Shown here one piece after another: positions 17,771 to 24,536 of a stretch of 32,000 nt of DNA. The number at the start of each line of letters is the position of its first letter. Position 1 is the stretch's first letter. Origin of the DNA: Candidatus Methanoperedens sp. (GTDB taxonomy: Archaea > Halobacteriota > Methanosarcinia > Methanosarcinales > Methanoperedenaceae); NCBI GenBank assembly GCA_027460535.1, contig JAPZAR010000025.1, forward strand, positions 60,001-92,000, read 5' to 3'. The translations under genes and the position numbers were made by a program. Below the pieces are notes generated by a model, which did no database searches, had not been told where the DNA came from, and worked only from the letters and a program-made list of their open reading frames with translations.

Positions 17771-18375
17771 TACCATACCCTCACTGAAATGATAGCTGAT
17801 TCATTATAGCCTGTGGATGAATTTACGATTAAGACAAGCCTCTTGCTCTGGCCGATATTTATGTTTTCAGGAAGTTCTGGGCCACTCTGGTTCATTATAC
17901 TGCCATCAAGACGTGTTGCCGAGATATTCACATCAAAAATGATTTCATTGCTTAACAGTCCAAGTTCACCAAGTTCATTATTGTAATAGGTCTGGTTAGA
18001 ATGGTTCAACTTCATGTTATTGAAGTAATACAATTTGCCCTGGTCTATAATATTCATAGCCCCTGCTTTATCAGCAACCAGCAGTCGCTCCACCAGCACT
18101 GTGCTGACTCTGTCCGCAGCCAGTACAACTTCATCCGATCCCGACTGGAAAGGAATGAACAATCCATAAATGAACTGGAACACAAAGGCTACAGCAAGGA
18201 GAAAAATGCCCATGCCTGCGGCATAGTCAATCGTCATCTGGGCCTTATCATCTTTCACAGTGCCAATCTTGTTTTGGATTGTATTAAGATTAATGAACAA
18301 CAATTGCCGCCCATAGCATGGAAATAGACCAGAGCTCATATGTGAAAAATAATCTTTTAGCACCATTATACTCAT
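17770..18375 (-). CDS. Type IV pilin-like protein (pilin-like 3), start uncertain
   Basis: Class III-type motif KDDKA|QMTIDYAAGMGIFLLAVAFVFQFIYGL begins at residue 41 of the longest ORF. GTG at 18258 would give the typical short leader MKDDKA. No SD is seen for any candidate start (18375, 18366, 18339, 18258). Confidence 0.7.
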   Translation of the reverse strand: MSIMVLKDYFSHMSSGLFPCYGRQLLFINLNTIQNKIGTVKDDKAQMTIDYAAGMGIFLLAVAFVFQFIYGLFIPFQSGSDEVVLAADRVSTVLVERLLVADKAGAMNIIDQGKLYYFNNMKLNHSNQTYYNNELGELGLLSNEIIFDVNISATRLDGSIMNQSGPELPENINIGQSKRLVLIVNSSTGYNESAIISVRVW

Positions 18376-18426
18376 AATGATATGCTGCTATTACAAAAAC
18401 CTTCTGGCCTGATATAGCCGTTATAT

Positions 18427-18906
18427 TTATCTCACTTCGACCACCGTATCAAGCACCATGGTCTTGAAAGGATACAAAATTATTTTGACATCATACTTTT
18501 CACCCGATAACATAACCCCGGCTGTACCATCGGTATAGACCGAACGATTGGTAACGGTATAGTTTCCAGCGCCGCTGGTCAGATTGTAGGTTATTATCTG
18601 GTCTCCAGCCCTGAGGTCGCTTCCCGGATTTGAGATTTTATAAACAGGCGGCTCTCCGGCCGGAACGATGGATATCTGCCAGTCCGTTCCAACTAATCTA
18701 TCCCCGGCTTTGTGCTGTATCTTGATATCGATTCCAGTAGTATCAGTATCGCTCGAAACTACAATAGCAGCCGTAGGTCCTTTCTGGTCAGGTTTTCCCA
18801 TTCCAAATACGAACATTAAAACCAATGAAGCCAGCATTACGGTAACCGCCACCATCAAAATGACTCCTATGACAGGCGATACCGCCTCATCATTCCCTTT
18901 CTCCAT
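18427..18906 (-). CDS. Archaeal type IV pilin (DUF1628-type N-terminus), paralog 2
   Basis: 159 aa. MEKGNDEA|VSPVIGVILMVAVTVMLASLVLMFVFG. The C-terminus ...YDVKIILYPFKTMVLDTVVEVR parallels the upstream paralog. Confidence 0.88.
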   Translation of the reverse strand: MEKGNDEAVSPVIGVILMVAVTVMLASLVLMFVFGMGKPDQKGPTAAIVVSSDTDTTGIDIKIQHKAGDRLVGTDWQISIVPAGEPPVYKISNPGSDLRAGDQIITYNLTSGAGNYTVTNRSVYTDGTAGVMLSGEKYDVKIILYPFKTMVLDTVVEVR

Positions 18907-18916
18907 TCTCTATATC

Positions 18917-18961
18917 CTTAAAAAAAAATAAAAAATGCCCCTCAAAAAAAGTAAAAGGGGC
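18917..18961 (-). terminator. Hairpin plus long oligo-T tracts between the two pilin paralogs (internal operon terminator/attenuator)
   Basis: Minus-strand RNA reads GCCCCU-UUUACUUUUUUUG-AGGGGC (stem 18961-18956 / 18942-18937), followed by AUUUUUUAUUUUUUUUU. Confidence 0.6.
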
Positions 18962-18972
18962 TGGTATTTCAG

Positions 18973-19446
18973 TTACCTTACATCTACTACTGTATCAAGC
19001 AACATGGCATTGGACGGGATGTGAACTAATTTAACATCGTATTTGCCAACCAACATGGCGGTACCACCCATTACACTTTGGTTTGTTACAATAGGGGCTG
19101 AAGCATCTGTTGTCGTGTTAGCGATGATTTGACTTCCAACTGAAAATGTGCCCAATGATGAGTTTGAAGTCACAAATACAGGGGGATTGCCAGCAACGAC
19201 TACGGATAACTTCCAGTCCCCGCCTTTCAGTGTATCTCCGCCTTTGTGCTGTACCTTCAGATCAGGTGCTGTTGTATCAGGGTTGTTCGCTCCGGTTATA
19301 CTTGCTGTCGGCGCGGCTACCTGCTGGCCACCTAATCCGAACACGAATGCAGCTATCACGGCTGCCAATATCACAGTTATCGCCACCATGAGGATAACAC
19401 CTATGACAGGCGACACTGCATCTTCATTTCTTCTAAACATTTTCAT
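18973..19446 (-). CDS. Archaeal type IV pilin (DUF1628-type N-terminus), paralog 1; probable major subunit
   Basis: MKMFRRNEDA|VSPVIGVILMVAITVILAAVIAAFVFG. The longest ORF starts at 19461, but its first codons (ATGGAGGAT) contain GGAGGA 7 nt upstream of ATG 19446. The terminator immediately downstream suggests the highest expression in the operon. Confidence 0.88.
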   Translation of the reverse strand: MKMFRRNEDAVSPVIGVILMVAITVILAAVIAAFVFGLGGQQVAAPTASITGANNPDTTAPDLKVQHKGGDTLKGGDWKLSVVVAGNPPVFVTSNSSLGTFSVGSQIIANTTTDASAPIVTNQSVMGGTAMLVGKYDVKLVHIPSNAMLLDTVVDVR

Positions 19447-19462
19447 ATACATATCCTCCATT

Positions 19463-19666
19463 TTAAATTGCTTCTTTTTTACGTTTGACCACTTTTTCGA
19501 GCTTTTTAGCCCACATATCCTCTACCTGCGTATATTCGCAATCGAGGTAATGATGAACAGCTTTGGCGAGCGCGTCCTTAGTACTACTCTCACCCGTCTT
19601 TACTTTCAGGGCTTCGAGGTCGTCCACCACAAGAACTGTCTGCACATGCACAATCTTCGCCATCAT
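19463..19666 (-). CDS. Small ribbon-helix-helix-like protein, first gene of the pilin-like operon (putative regulator)
   Basis: 67 aa. VQTVLVVDDLEALKVKTGESSTKDALAKAVHHYL fits a strand-helix-helix (CopG/RHH) pattern. AGGAGA SD. Its stop abuts the pilin gene. Confidence 0.6.
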   Translation of the reverse strand: MMAKIVHVQTVLVVDDLEALKVKTGESSTKDALAKAVHHYLDCEYTQVEDMWAKKLEKVVKRKKEAI

Positions 19667-19688
19667 TCATCTCCTTGAACAGGTCAAA

Positions 19689-19707
19689 CCGCAATATATA
19701 TTTGCGG
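19689..19707 (-). promoter_or_regulatory. Palindrome CCGCAA-TATATAT-TTGCGG: candidate TATA box embedded in an operator
   Basis: Perfect 6-bp inverted arms flank an AT core centred about 32 nt upstream of ATG 19666. An alternative TATA-like ATTTAAAT lies at 19747-19754. Confidence 0.4.
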
Positions 19708-19927
19708 GTACCATTTTTTGGTAGTGTATCATTATTATCATAATGTATTTAAATGTTACGTATAGGGGGGTTCAATGAAAAAAGTTTGTTAATCGACATG
19801 CTGAAACATATTTTTAATGATTATTTTGAAAAAACGCTCTTTTTGTGAGGGCTGGTTTTCACGGAAATATCTATCGAATAACAATATATATTATCTGCAT
19901 ATATATATATATTCAAAGGCGTTGCGG

Positions 19928-19948
19928 GTGAAAACATCGGGTTTTCAC
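19928..19948. repeat. Inverted repeat GTGAAAAC-N5-GTTTTCAC
   Basis: 8-bp perfect arms. The right arm is part of a direct repeat, GGTTTTCACGGAAATATCT (19854-19872) and GGTTTTCACGAGAAATCT (19940-19957). An (AT)n run lies between them, around 19899-19912. Confidence 0.6.
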
Positions 19949-20026
19949 GAGAAATCTGGTAAAGAACAAGAGGAGCATGATTATATAATTCCATCGCTCC
20001 GGAGCCTTTCGTTGAAATCGAATGTA

Positions 20027-20701
20027 TCAGAACCCATCCTTTATAATTGCCAACACCTCATGTTCATCCAGGTCATGCCATTCTTTATAGGCATCTGCCA
20101 CAGCGAACATGGTTGTTTCCCTTATATTCAGGCAAATCAGTTCATCAACATGAGGGCTAACAGTCTCGATCGCATTCTTTGAAGCCGTGGGGACAGCGAC
20201 TATTATTCTGGCAGGAGAGTACTTTCTGATGGAGCTTATAGCTGAAAGCATGGTATAACCTGAAGCCAGCCCATCGTCCACGATTATTACGGTCCGGTCT
20301 TTTAATTCAGGAAATGTTCTTTTACCCCTGAATTTTACTATTCTTTTATTAAGTTCGCGTTTGGCCTCAGAAATAGCAGATTCAATCTCAGCTTTCGTCA
20401 GGCCAAGCTGGCGCAATAGCATTCTGTTAATGAGCACTTCCCCATCCCAGCTTACAGAGCCAAAACCTGCCTCGGTGTTAAATGGAATTGGGATTTTCCT
20501 GACGATAACCATATCCATCGGGAGGTCAAGTTGTTTTGCAATCATCGCCCCCACGGGAACACCCCCGGATGGTATGGCCAGGACTATGGGGGATTGCGAG
20601 TATGTCTTGAGTTTTCGGGCAAGCAGTTCTCCCGCATGAGCTCTGTTCTTGAAGACGTAATTCTTGTTCCGCAGGTCAGTTTCTTCAACTATTTTTGCCA
20701 T
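20027..20701 (-). CDS. Type I phosphoribosyltransferase-fold protein of unknown substrate (COG1926-like predicted PRTase)
   Basis: 224 aa. PRPP-binding loop TVIIVDDGLASGYTM. N-terminal FKNRAHAGELLARKL...VLAIPSGGVPVG. Confidence 0.8.
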   Translation of the reverse strand: MAKIVEETDLRNKNYVFKNRAHAGELLARKLKTYSQSPIVLAIPSGGVPVGAMIAKQLDLPMDMVIVRKIPIPFNTEAGFGSVSWDGEVLINRMLLRQLGLTKAEIESAISEAKRELNKRIVKFRGKRTFPELKDRTVIIVDDGLASGYTMLSAISSIRKYSPARIIVAVPTASKNAIETVSPHVDELICLNIRETTMFAVADAYKEWHDLDEHEVLAIIKDGF

Positions 20702-20719
20702 GAACTCCCCCCGGGTATG

Positions 20720-22078
20720 CTATTTGGCTCTAATTTCTTCTTTTCTGATTTTTTCAACAATTTTTTTTCGAAGATCGATCAATCCTTTACTGAACTCAAC
20801 CGGATACACCGAAGCAGACTCAAGTTTCCTGCAACTGTCAGGCAATCTCGAAAAGTTTTCGGCTGCGGTTAGCCTTATCTCCTCAAGCGAAGGCCTACTG
20901 CAGACGATTTTCCCTTTTCTGACCGCCTGTTCCAGCAAAGGCTCCGCATTATCCACAGTTTCATCTTCCAGCGCTATAATATCTTTTAGAAATTTTCCCT
21001 TTTCAATGATGCGCCAGACAAGTTTTCTTCCGGGAAGCGTCGCCTTTACAGTCTCTTCAGAAAGTTTCATCTTGGGTATATGTTTCCCCTCCCGCATAAC
21101 GTCAGATAGCTTGTATATACCGTCAAGAGCAGGGGTCGGGCGCCCTGTTATAAGTTCAGTACCTACACCGAACATATCGATACTTGCACCTTTCCTCATA
21201 AGCTCATCTATTTTCCATTCATTAAGATCGCCGCTGGCTACTATCTTAACATAATCAAGACCAGAGTCATCAAGTATTCTGCGCACCTGTTTTGAGAGTT
21301 CTGCCAGATCCCCGCTGTCAAGCCTGACCCCCAGGAGCCTCTCTCCCCTCTCCTCAAGCTCCTTTCCTACGATCACTGCTTTTTTGGCGCCTTCTATGCT
21401 ATTGTAGGTGTCAATCAACAGGAAGCACCGCTTCGGGAACGCTCTGGCATAGGCGCGGTAGGAATCTATCTCATGGTCGAAGCTCGTTACGAAGGAATGC
21501 GCCATGGTACCTGAAACAGGTATACCCAGCTTCTTCCCGGCAAGCACATTGGACGTTGAGGAACATCCCCCTATGTAAGTGGCGCGTGTCGCCTCAAGAT
21601 GCCCGTCGCCCTGGGCCCTGCGCAGTCCGAACTCCGCAATTGACCTGCCTCTTGCTGCATAGACCACTCGAGAGGCTTTGGTTGCGATGAGTGTCGAGAA
21701 GTTCATCTTGTTGAGTATGAATGTCTCCACAAGCTGTGCTTCGATTATTGGGGCTGTCACCCGGATGATGGGTTCGAGAGGAAAAGCGATGCTCCCCTCC
21801 GGCATCGCAAGGATGTCCCCTCCAAACCTGAAATCCCGAATGTGTTCAAGAAATTCGTCATCAAAACCCTGGGTTCTTAAGTATTCGATGTCATCTTCCT
21901 CGAAACGCAGGTTCCCGATGTAGTCAAGAACATAGCTCAACCCTGCGGTAACAAGGTATGATCCAAAGGGTATTTTCCTTACAAAATAATCAAATGTGGC
22001 TTCGGGATTATGCCCGGACTTCCAGTATGCCTGCATCATGGTGAGCTGATACAGATCGGTCCGGAGTGCTTCGCTCAT
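20720..22078 (-). CDS. pncB: Nicotinate phosphoribosyltransferase
   Basis: 452 aa. LRTDLYQLTMMQAYWKSGH..., EFGLRRAQG, GTMAHSFV, RLDSGDL and GVGT blocks are typical of NAPRTase. Confidence 0.9.
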   Translation of the reverse strand: MSEALRTDLYQLTMMQAYWKSGHNPEATFDYFVRKIPFGSYLVTAGLSYVLDYIGNLRFEEDDIEYLRTQGFDDEFLEHIRDFRFGGDILAMPEGSIAFPLEPIIRVTAPIIEAQLVETFILNKMNFSTLIATKASRVVYAARGRSIAEFGLRRAQGDGHLEATRATYIGGCSSTSNVLAGKKLGIPVSGTMAHSFVTSFDHEIDSYRAYARAFPKRCFLLIDTYNSIEGAKKAVIVGKELEERGERLLGVRLDSGDLAELSKQVRRILDDSGLDYVKIVASGDLNEWKIDELMRKGASIDMFGVGTELITGRPTPALDGIYKLSDVMREGKHIPKMKLSEETVKATLPGRKLVWRIIEKGKFLKDIIALEDETVDNAEPLLEQAVRKGKIVCSRPSLEEIRLTAAENFSRLPDSCRKLESASVYPVEFSKGLIDLRKKIVEKIRKEEIRAK

Positions 22079-22167
22079 ATGTTTATTATTGAGACCGCTG
22101 TTAGATTAAAATTATCTGAAATGCTCTTAGAAAATAATTAATAGATTGGAAGCTCTTGTTCAACCCA

Positions 22168-22530
22168 ATGAAAGCAAAACTCAGAGGCCATCACCTTATA
22201 TGCCTGAATTTTTTTAGAGGAGAGGGCTATTCAGAAGATTTTATCAAAAATATTTATTCGGTTATATCTAAAGAAAAAGTGGACATAGTAAAAGGACCGG
22301 ATGAGGTTTGCGCCAGATGCCCGTATCTGAAGGATAATAAATGTTCAAGTGGAGAATATACCGATGAAAAAATCCTGCTACAGGATAAAGAAGCGTTACG
22401 GCTCCTCGGGTTCAGACCGGGCGAGACCGTTGACTGGAAGATAATTGAGGCCAGGCTACCAAAAATTATAGAAGAATGGAAGACTGAATTCTGCCAGGAC
22501 TGCGGATATCTGAAAGTCTGTTTTGGCTAG
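22168..22530 (+). CDS. DUF1284 family protein (Cys-rich, putative metal/Fe-S binding)
   Basis: MKAKLRGHHLICLNFFRGEGYSEDF... plus CARCPY...C and CQDCGYLKVC. ATG at 22168; the track start at 22156 is a TTG. Confidence 0.8.
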   Translation: MKAKLRGHHLICLNFFRGEGYSEDFIKNIYSVISKEKVDIVKGPDEVCARCPYLKDNKCSSGEYTDEKILLQDKEALRLLGFRPGETVDWKIIEARLPKIIEEWKTEFCQDCGYLKVCFG

Positions 22531-23117
22531 ACCGTTTGCTGTGAGAACATTAAATATCCTCCAAAACCAATTGCCCATAGTAATATGGGATATGCCATCA
22601 TCCTCTCCATTCCCCCGGCACCGAATCCGAGATAAATCTCAAATGCAAATAAAATAAGAGCTACCAGGCTCGTTATACCCATCAACACAGAGAAATAAGA
22701 GAACGGTGCTTTCGCCAGATTGATGGATAAGATCGTAGATAATCCTCCGAAAAGGAAAACTATCAGGGATACAACTAAATGAATCACTCCAGCAGTTTCA
22801 GGGAACAATCCGACTCCTATAGCCCCGATCCCGGTGAGAGCGAAAAATATTGAAACCATGGTGCTATGAAATTCACCCCAGATGAAATACGAACCCAGCA
22901 GGATAAGCAGTCCAAGGAGAGTTGCGGAGGTGTTAAAGATGATGGCAGAGGGTTGATGTACCGTACACGTCGTCCCGCTGCAGGTAGCCCCCAGGTCGCT
23001 TATGAAATTACTTGAAACACTATATCCGGGATACAGGAATTCCGCCACCTGCATCGCCATGATAAACTGAACCGCACCTATGAAAAATAACATCCCCGCC
23101 GCATTTTTTTTGTCCAT
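22527..23117 (-). CDS. DUF998 family integral membrane protein
   Basis: MDKKNAAGMLFFIGAVQFIMAMQVAEFLYPGYSVSSNFISDLG followed by about 6 TM helices. ATG 23117 avoids the 70-nt overlap with the upstream gene that the longest ORF (23225) implies. Confidence 0.8.
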   Translation of the reverse strand: MDKKNAAGMLFFIGAVQFIMAMQVAEFLYPGYSVSSNFISDLGATCSGTTCTVHQPSAIIFNTSATLLGLLILLGSYFIWGEFHSTMVSIFFALTGIGAIGVGLFPETAGVIHLVVSLIVFLFGGLSTILSINLAKAPFSYFSVLMGITSLVALILFAFEIYLGFGAGGMERMMAYPILLWAIGFGGYLMFSQQTV

Positions 23118-23154
23118 CTGATTAACTAATCTGTCCGCCAGTATAAAGAATTTA

Positions 23155-23868
23155 TTAACGACATCGAGATGGATTTCGGATAAGGTGCACGGGTATTGCC
23201 CCGTTGTGCACTGCCGTTGCCACAAGTGCCCCGCTCACTCCAATTTTTTCCAGAGACTCTATGTCGTGCATATCCCTGATCCCGCCTCCCACCAGAACAT
23301 TGTGGTTTGATACTCCAACTATCGTTTTCAAGAATTCTGTATCAATCCCAGCGCCTGTTCCAACCCTGCTTAGCTCCAGGATGATAATATCCTCTATTTC
23401 AACCCCATTTAACGATTTTACAAGCTCCTCCGGATTCATGTCCATCTTCCTGTCTTTTGTCAAGACCATTCCATTTTTCATGTCTATGCTCACGTTAATC
23501 CTGCCTGTAGAACGTTTGCTTGCATTTTTGATCAGGTCATATGAAGCAGTCTCAGTTCCCATGATGACAATATCGGCAATCTCTGCACATTTTTCTACGT
23601 CATCCATATTTTCCACGCCAATATCCACCATTGTCCTTGTTTTTTTGGATATTTCCTTTATCAGCCCAAAATTGTCCCCTTGATGCTGTAATCGGTCAAG
23701 GTCGGCGATATAGACCTCTTTCGGCGAAAGCGCAGATATTATATCACGTGGATTGGATGAATCGCATATCTTGCTGCCCTTTATCGGCTGATACTTGGCC
23801 CTCTCCCCCCTTACGGCGTGGACTGCATTACCATTGAGTATGTCCAGCACGAAAATAATTCGAAACAT
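23155..23868 (-). CDS. HisA/HisF-family (beta/alpha)8-barrel paralog
   Basis: 237 aa. IFVLDILNGNAVHAVRG...YIADLDRL..., VLVGGGIRD...GVSGALVATAVH. It resembles the extra HisA-like proteins of methanogens, not the canonical HisA/HisF pair. Confidence 0.75.
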   Translation of the reverse strand: MFRIIFVLDILNGNAVHAVRGERAKYQPIKGSKICDSSNPRDIISALSPKEVYIADLDRLQHQGDNFGLIKEISKKTRTMVDIGVENMDDVEKCAEIADIVIMGTETASYDLIKNASKRSTGRINVSIDMKNGMVLTKDRKMDMNPEELVKSLNGVEIEDIIILELSRVGTGAGIDTEFLKTIVGVSNHNVLVGGGIRDMHDIESLEKIGVSGALVATAVHNGAIPVHLIRNPSRCR

Positions 23869-23898
23869 TTCGTATCAATTCCCACATCCAATTTTCGA

Positions 23899-24153
23899 CT
23901 ATCTATCATAGATATTTTTCCTGTACCCAACTTTTAAAATTAATATCCTAAGTATTTTGTTATCGATATCCATTATGACCCTATAATCACCCACTCGCAG
24001 CTTATAACCCGGATCTCCCACAAGTTTAGTCACATAAGCTTCAGGTCTTACTCTAATCCTTTCCAATACTGCAATTATTCTTTCCTGGACATTTCTTTCC
24101 AGTTTCTTAAGCTGTCTGAGAGCTTTGTCCGAAAAGATGATCTCATAAGTCAT
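23899..24153 (-). CDS. RelE/ParE family type II toxin
   Basis: 84 aa. ...LRQLKKL...YKLRVGDYRVIMDIDNKILRILILKVGYRKNIY. ATGA overlap with the upstream antitoxin gene. Confidence 0.88.
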   Translation of the reverse strand: MTYEIIFSDKALRQLKKLERNVQERIIAVLERIRVRPEAYVTKLVGDPGYKLRVGDYRVIMDIDNKILRILILKVGYRKNIYDR

Positions 24154-24368
24154 AGACCAAGCTCTTTCTTGACCTCAGCTAAGGAATGGAATTTGCCTTC
24201 TTTTATCTCGGCACGAGCAAGGGCTATTTCTTTTCTTGTCTCCTCACCAAGTTCCTGGGAATCCTCCACCAAATTCCAGATTACTTCCTCATAGGTCTCT
24301 TTGTCAGAGATCTTCCTCTTAATTAACTCTTTTTGTAAGCCTTCACTTATCTGAATGGAAGTTGCCAT
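24150..24368 (-). CDS. Cognate antitoxin (family not resolved)
   Basis: 72 aa from ATG 24368 (MATSIQISEGLQKELIKRK...); the track start at 24377 is a GTG. The 4-nt overlap with the toxin gene and the small acidic protein fit a type II antitoxin. Confidence 0.75.
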   Translation of the reverse strand: MATSIQISEGLQKELIKRKISDKETYEEVIWNLVEDSQELGEETRKEIALARAEIKEGKFHSLAEVKKELGL

Positions 24369-24375
24369 TAATATC

Positions 24376-24403
24376 ACTATAATCTACTATAATCTATTAT
24401 AGT
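24376..24403 (-). promoter_or_regulatory. Tandem 10-bp direct repeats ACTATAATCT x2 plus a partial third; candidate TATA/operator of the toxin-antitoxin pair
   Basis: actataatct actataatct attatagt begins 8 nt upstream of ATG 24368. The spacing is compatible with a leaderless transcript. Confidence 0.45.
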
Positions 24404-24536
24404 ATTAAGTTTTTTCTTCCCCGATACCCGTGCAGTGGACAGGTCTTACAGGGTAATCACTGACCAATACTGTCGCTGTGAAGCAGACCCATAACAAATT
24501 CGAAACATAAATGTATTAGTGCATCAATCTGATTCA

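Noticed and set aside
13348-19666. The idea that the pilin-like operon is a low-GC horizontally acquired island.
   Set aside because: Hand counts of single 60-nt lines gave 32-33% GC in parts of the 567-aa and sequon-rich genes. Other lines gave 52-57% in the two small pilins and in part of pilin-like 4, and aglB also has very AT-rich stretches. The sampling is too noisy and heterogeneous; a sliding-window GC and codon-usage computation is needed.
19817-20182. 121-aa plus-strand ORF spanning the intergenic spacer and the 3' end of the PRTase gene.
   Set aside because: It has low-complexity, Ile/Tyr-rich translation of AT-rich spacer, overlaps a well-supported gene, and has no SD or recognisable domain.
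20664-21254. 196-aa Ser/Phe-rich ORF antisense to pncB. Similar long antisense ORFs occur at 26256-26870, 28915-29475, 19148-19678, 23204-23683 and 29581-30057.
   Set aside because: All lie opposite genes with strong family signatures, have low-complexity Ser/Leu/Phe-rich composition and have no SD. They are typical shadow frames.
23118-23225. N-terminal 36-residue extension of the DUF998 ORF, overlapping the HisA-like gene by 70 nt.
   Set aside because: The internal ATG at 23117 gives the typical DUF998 N-terminus and removes the overlap.
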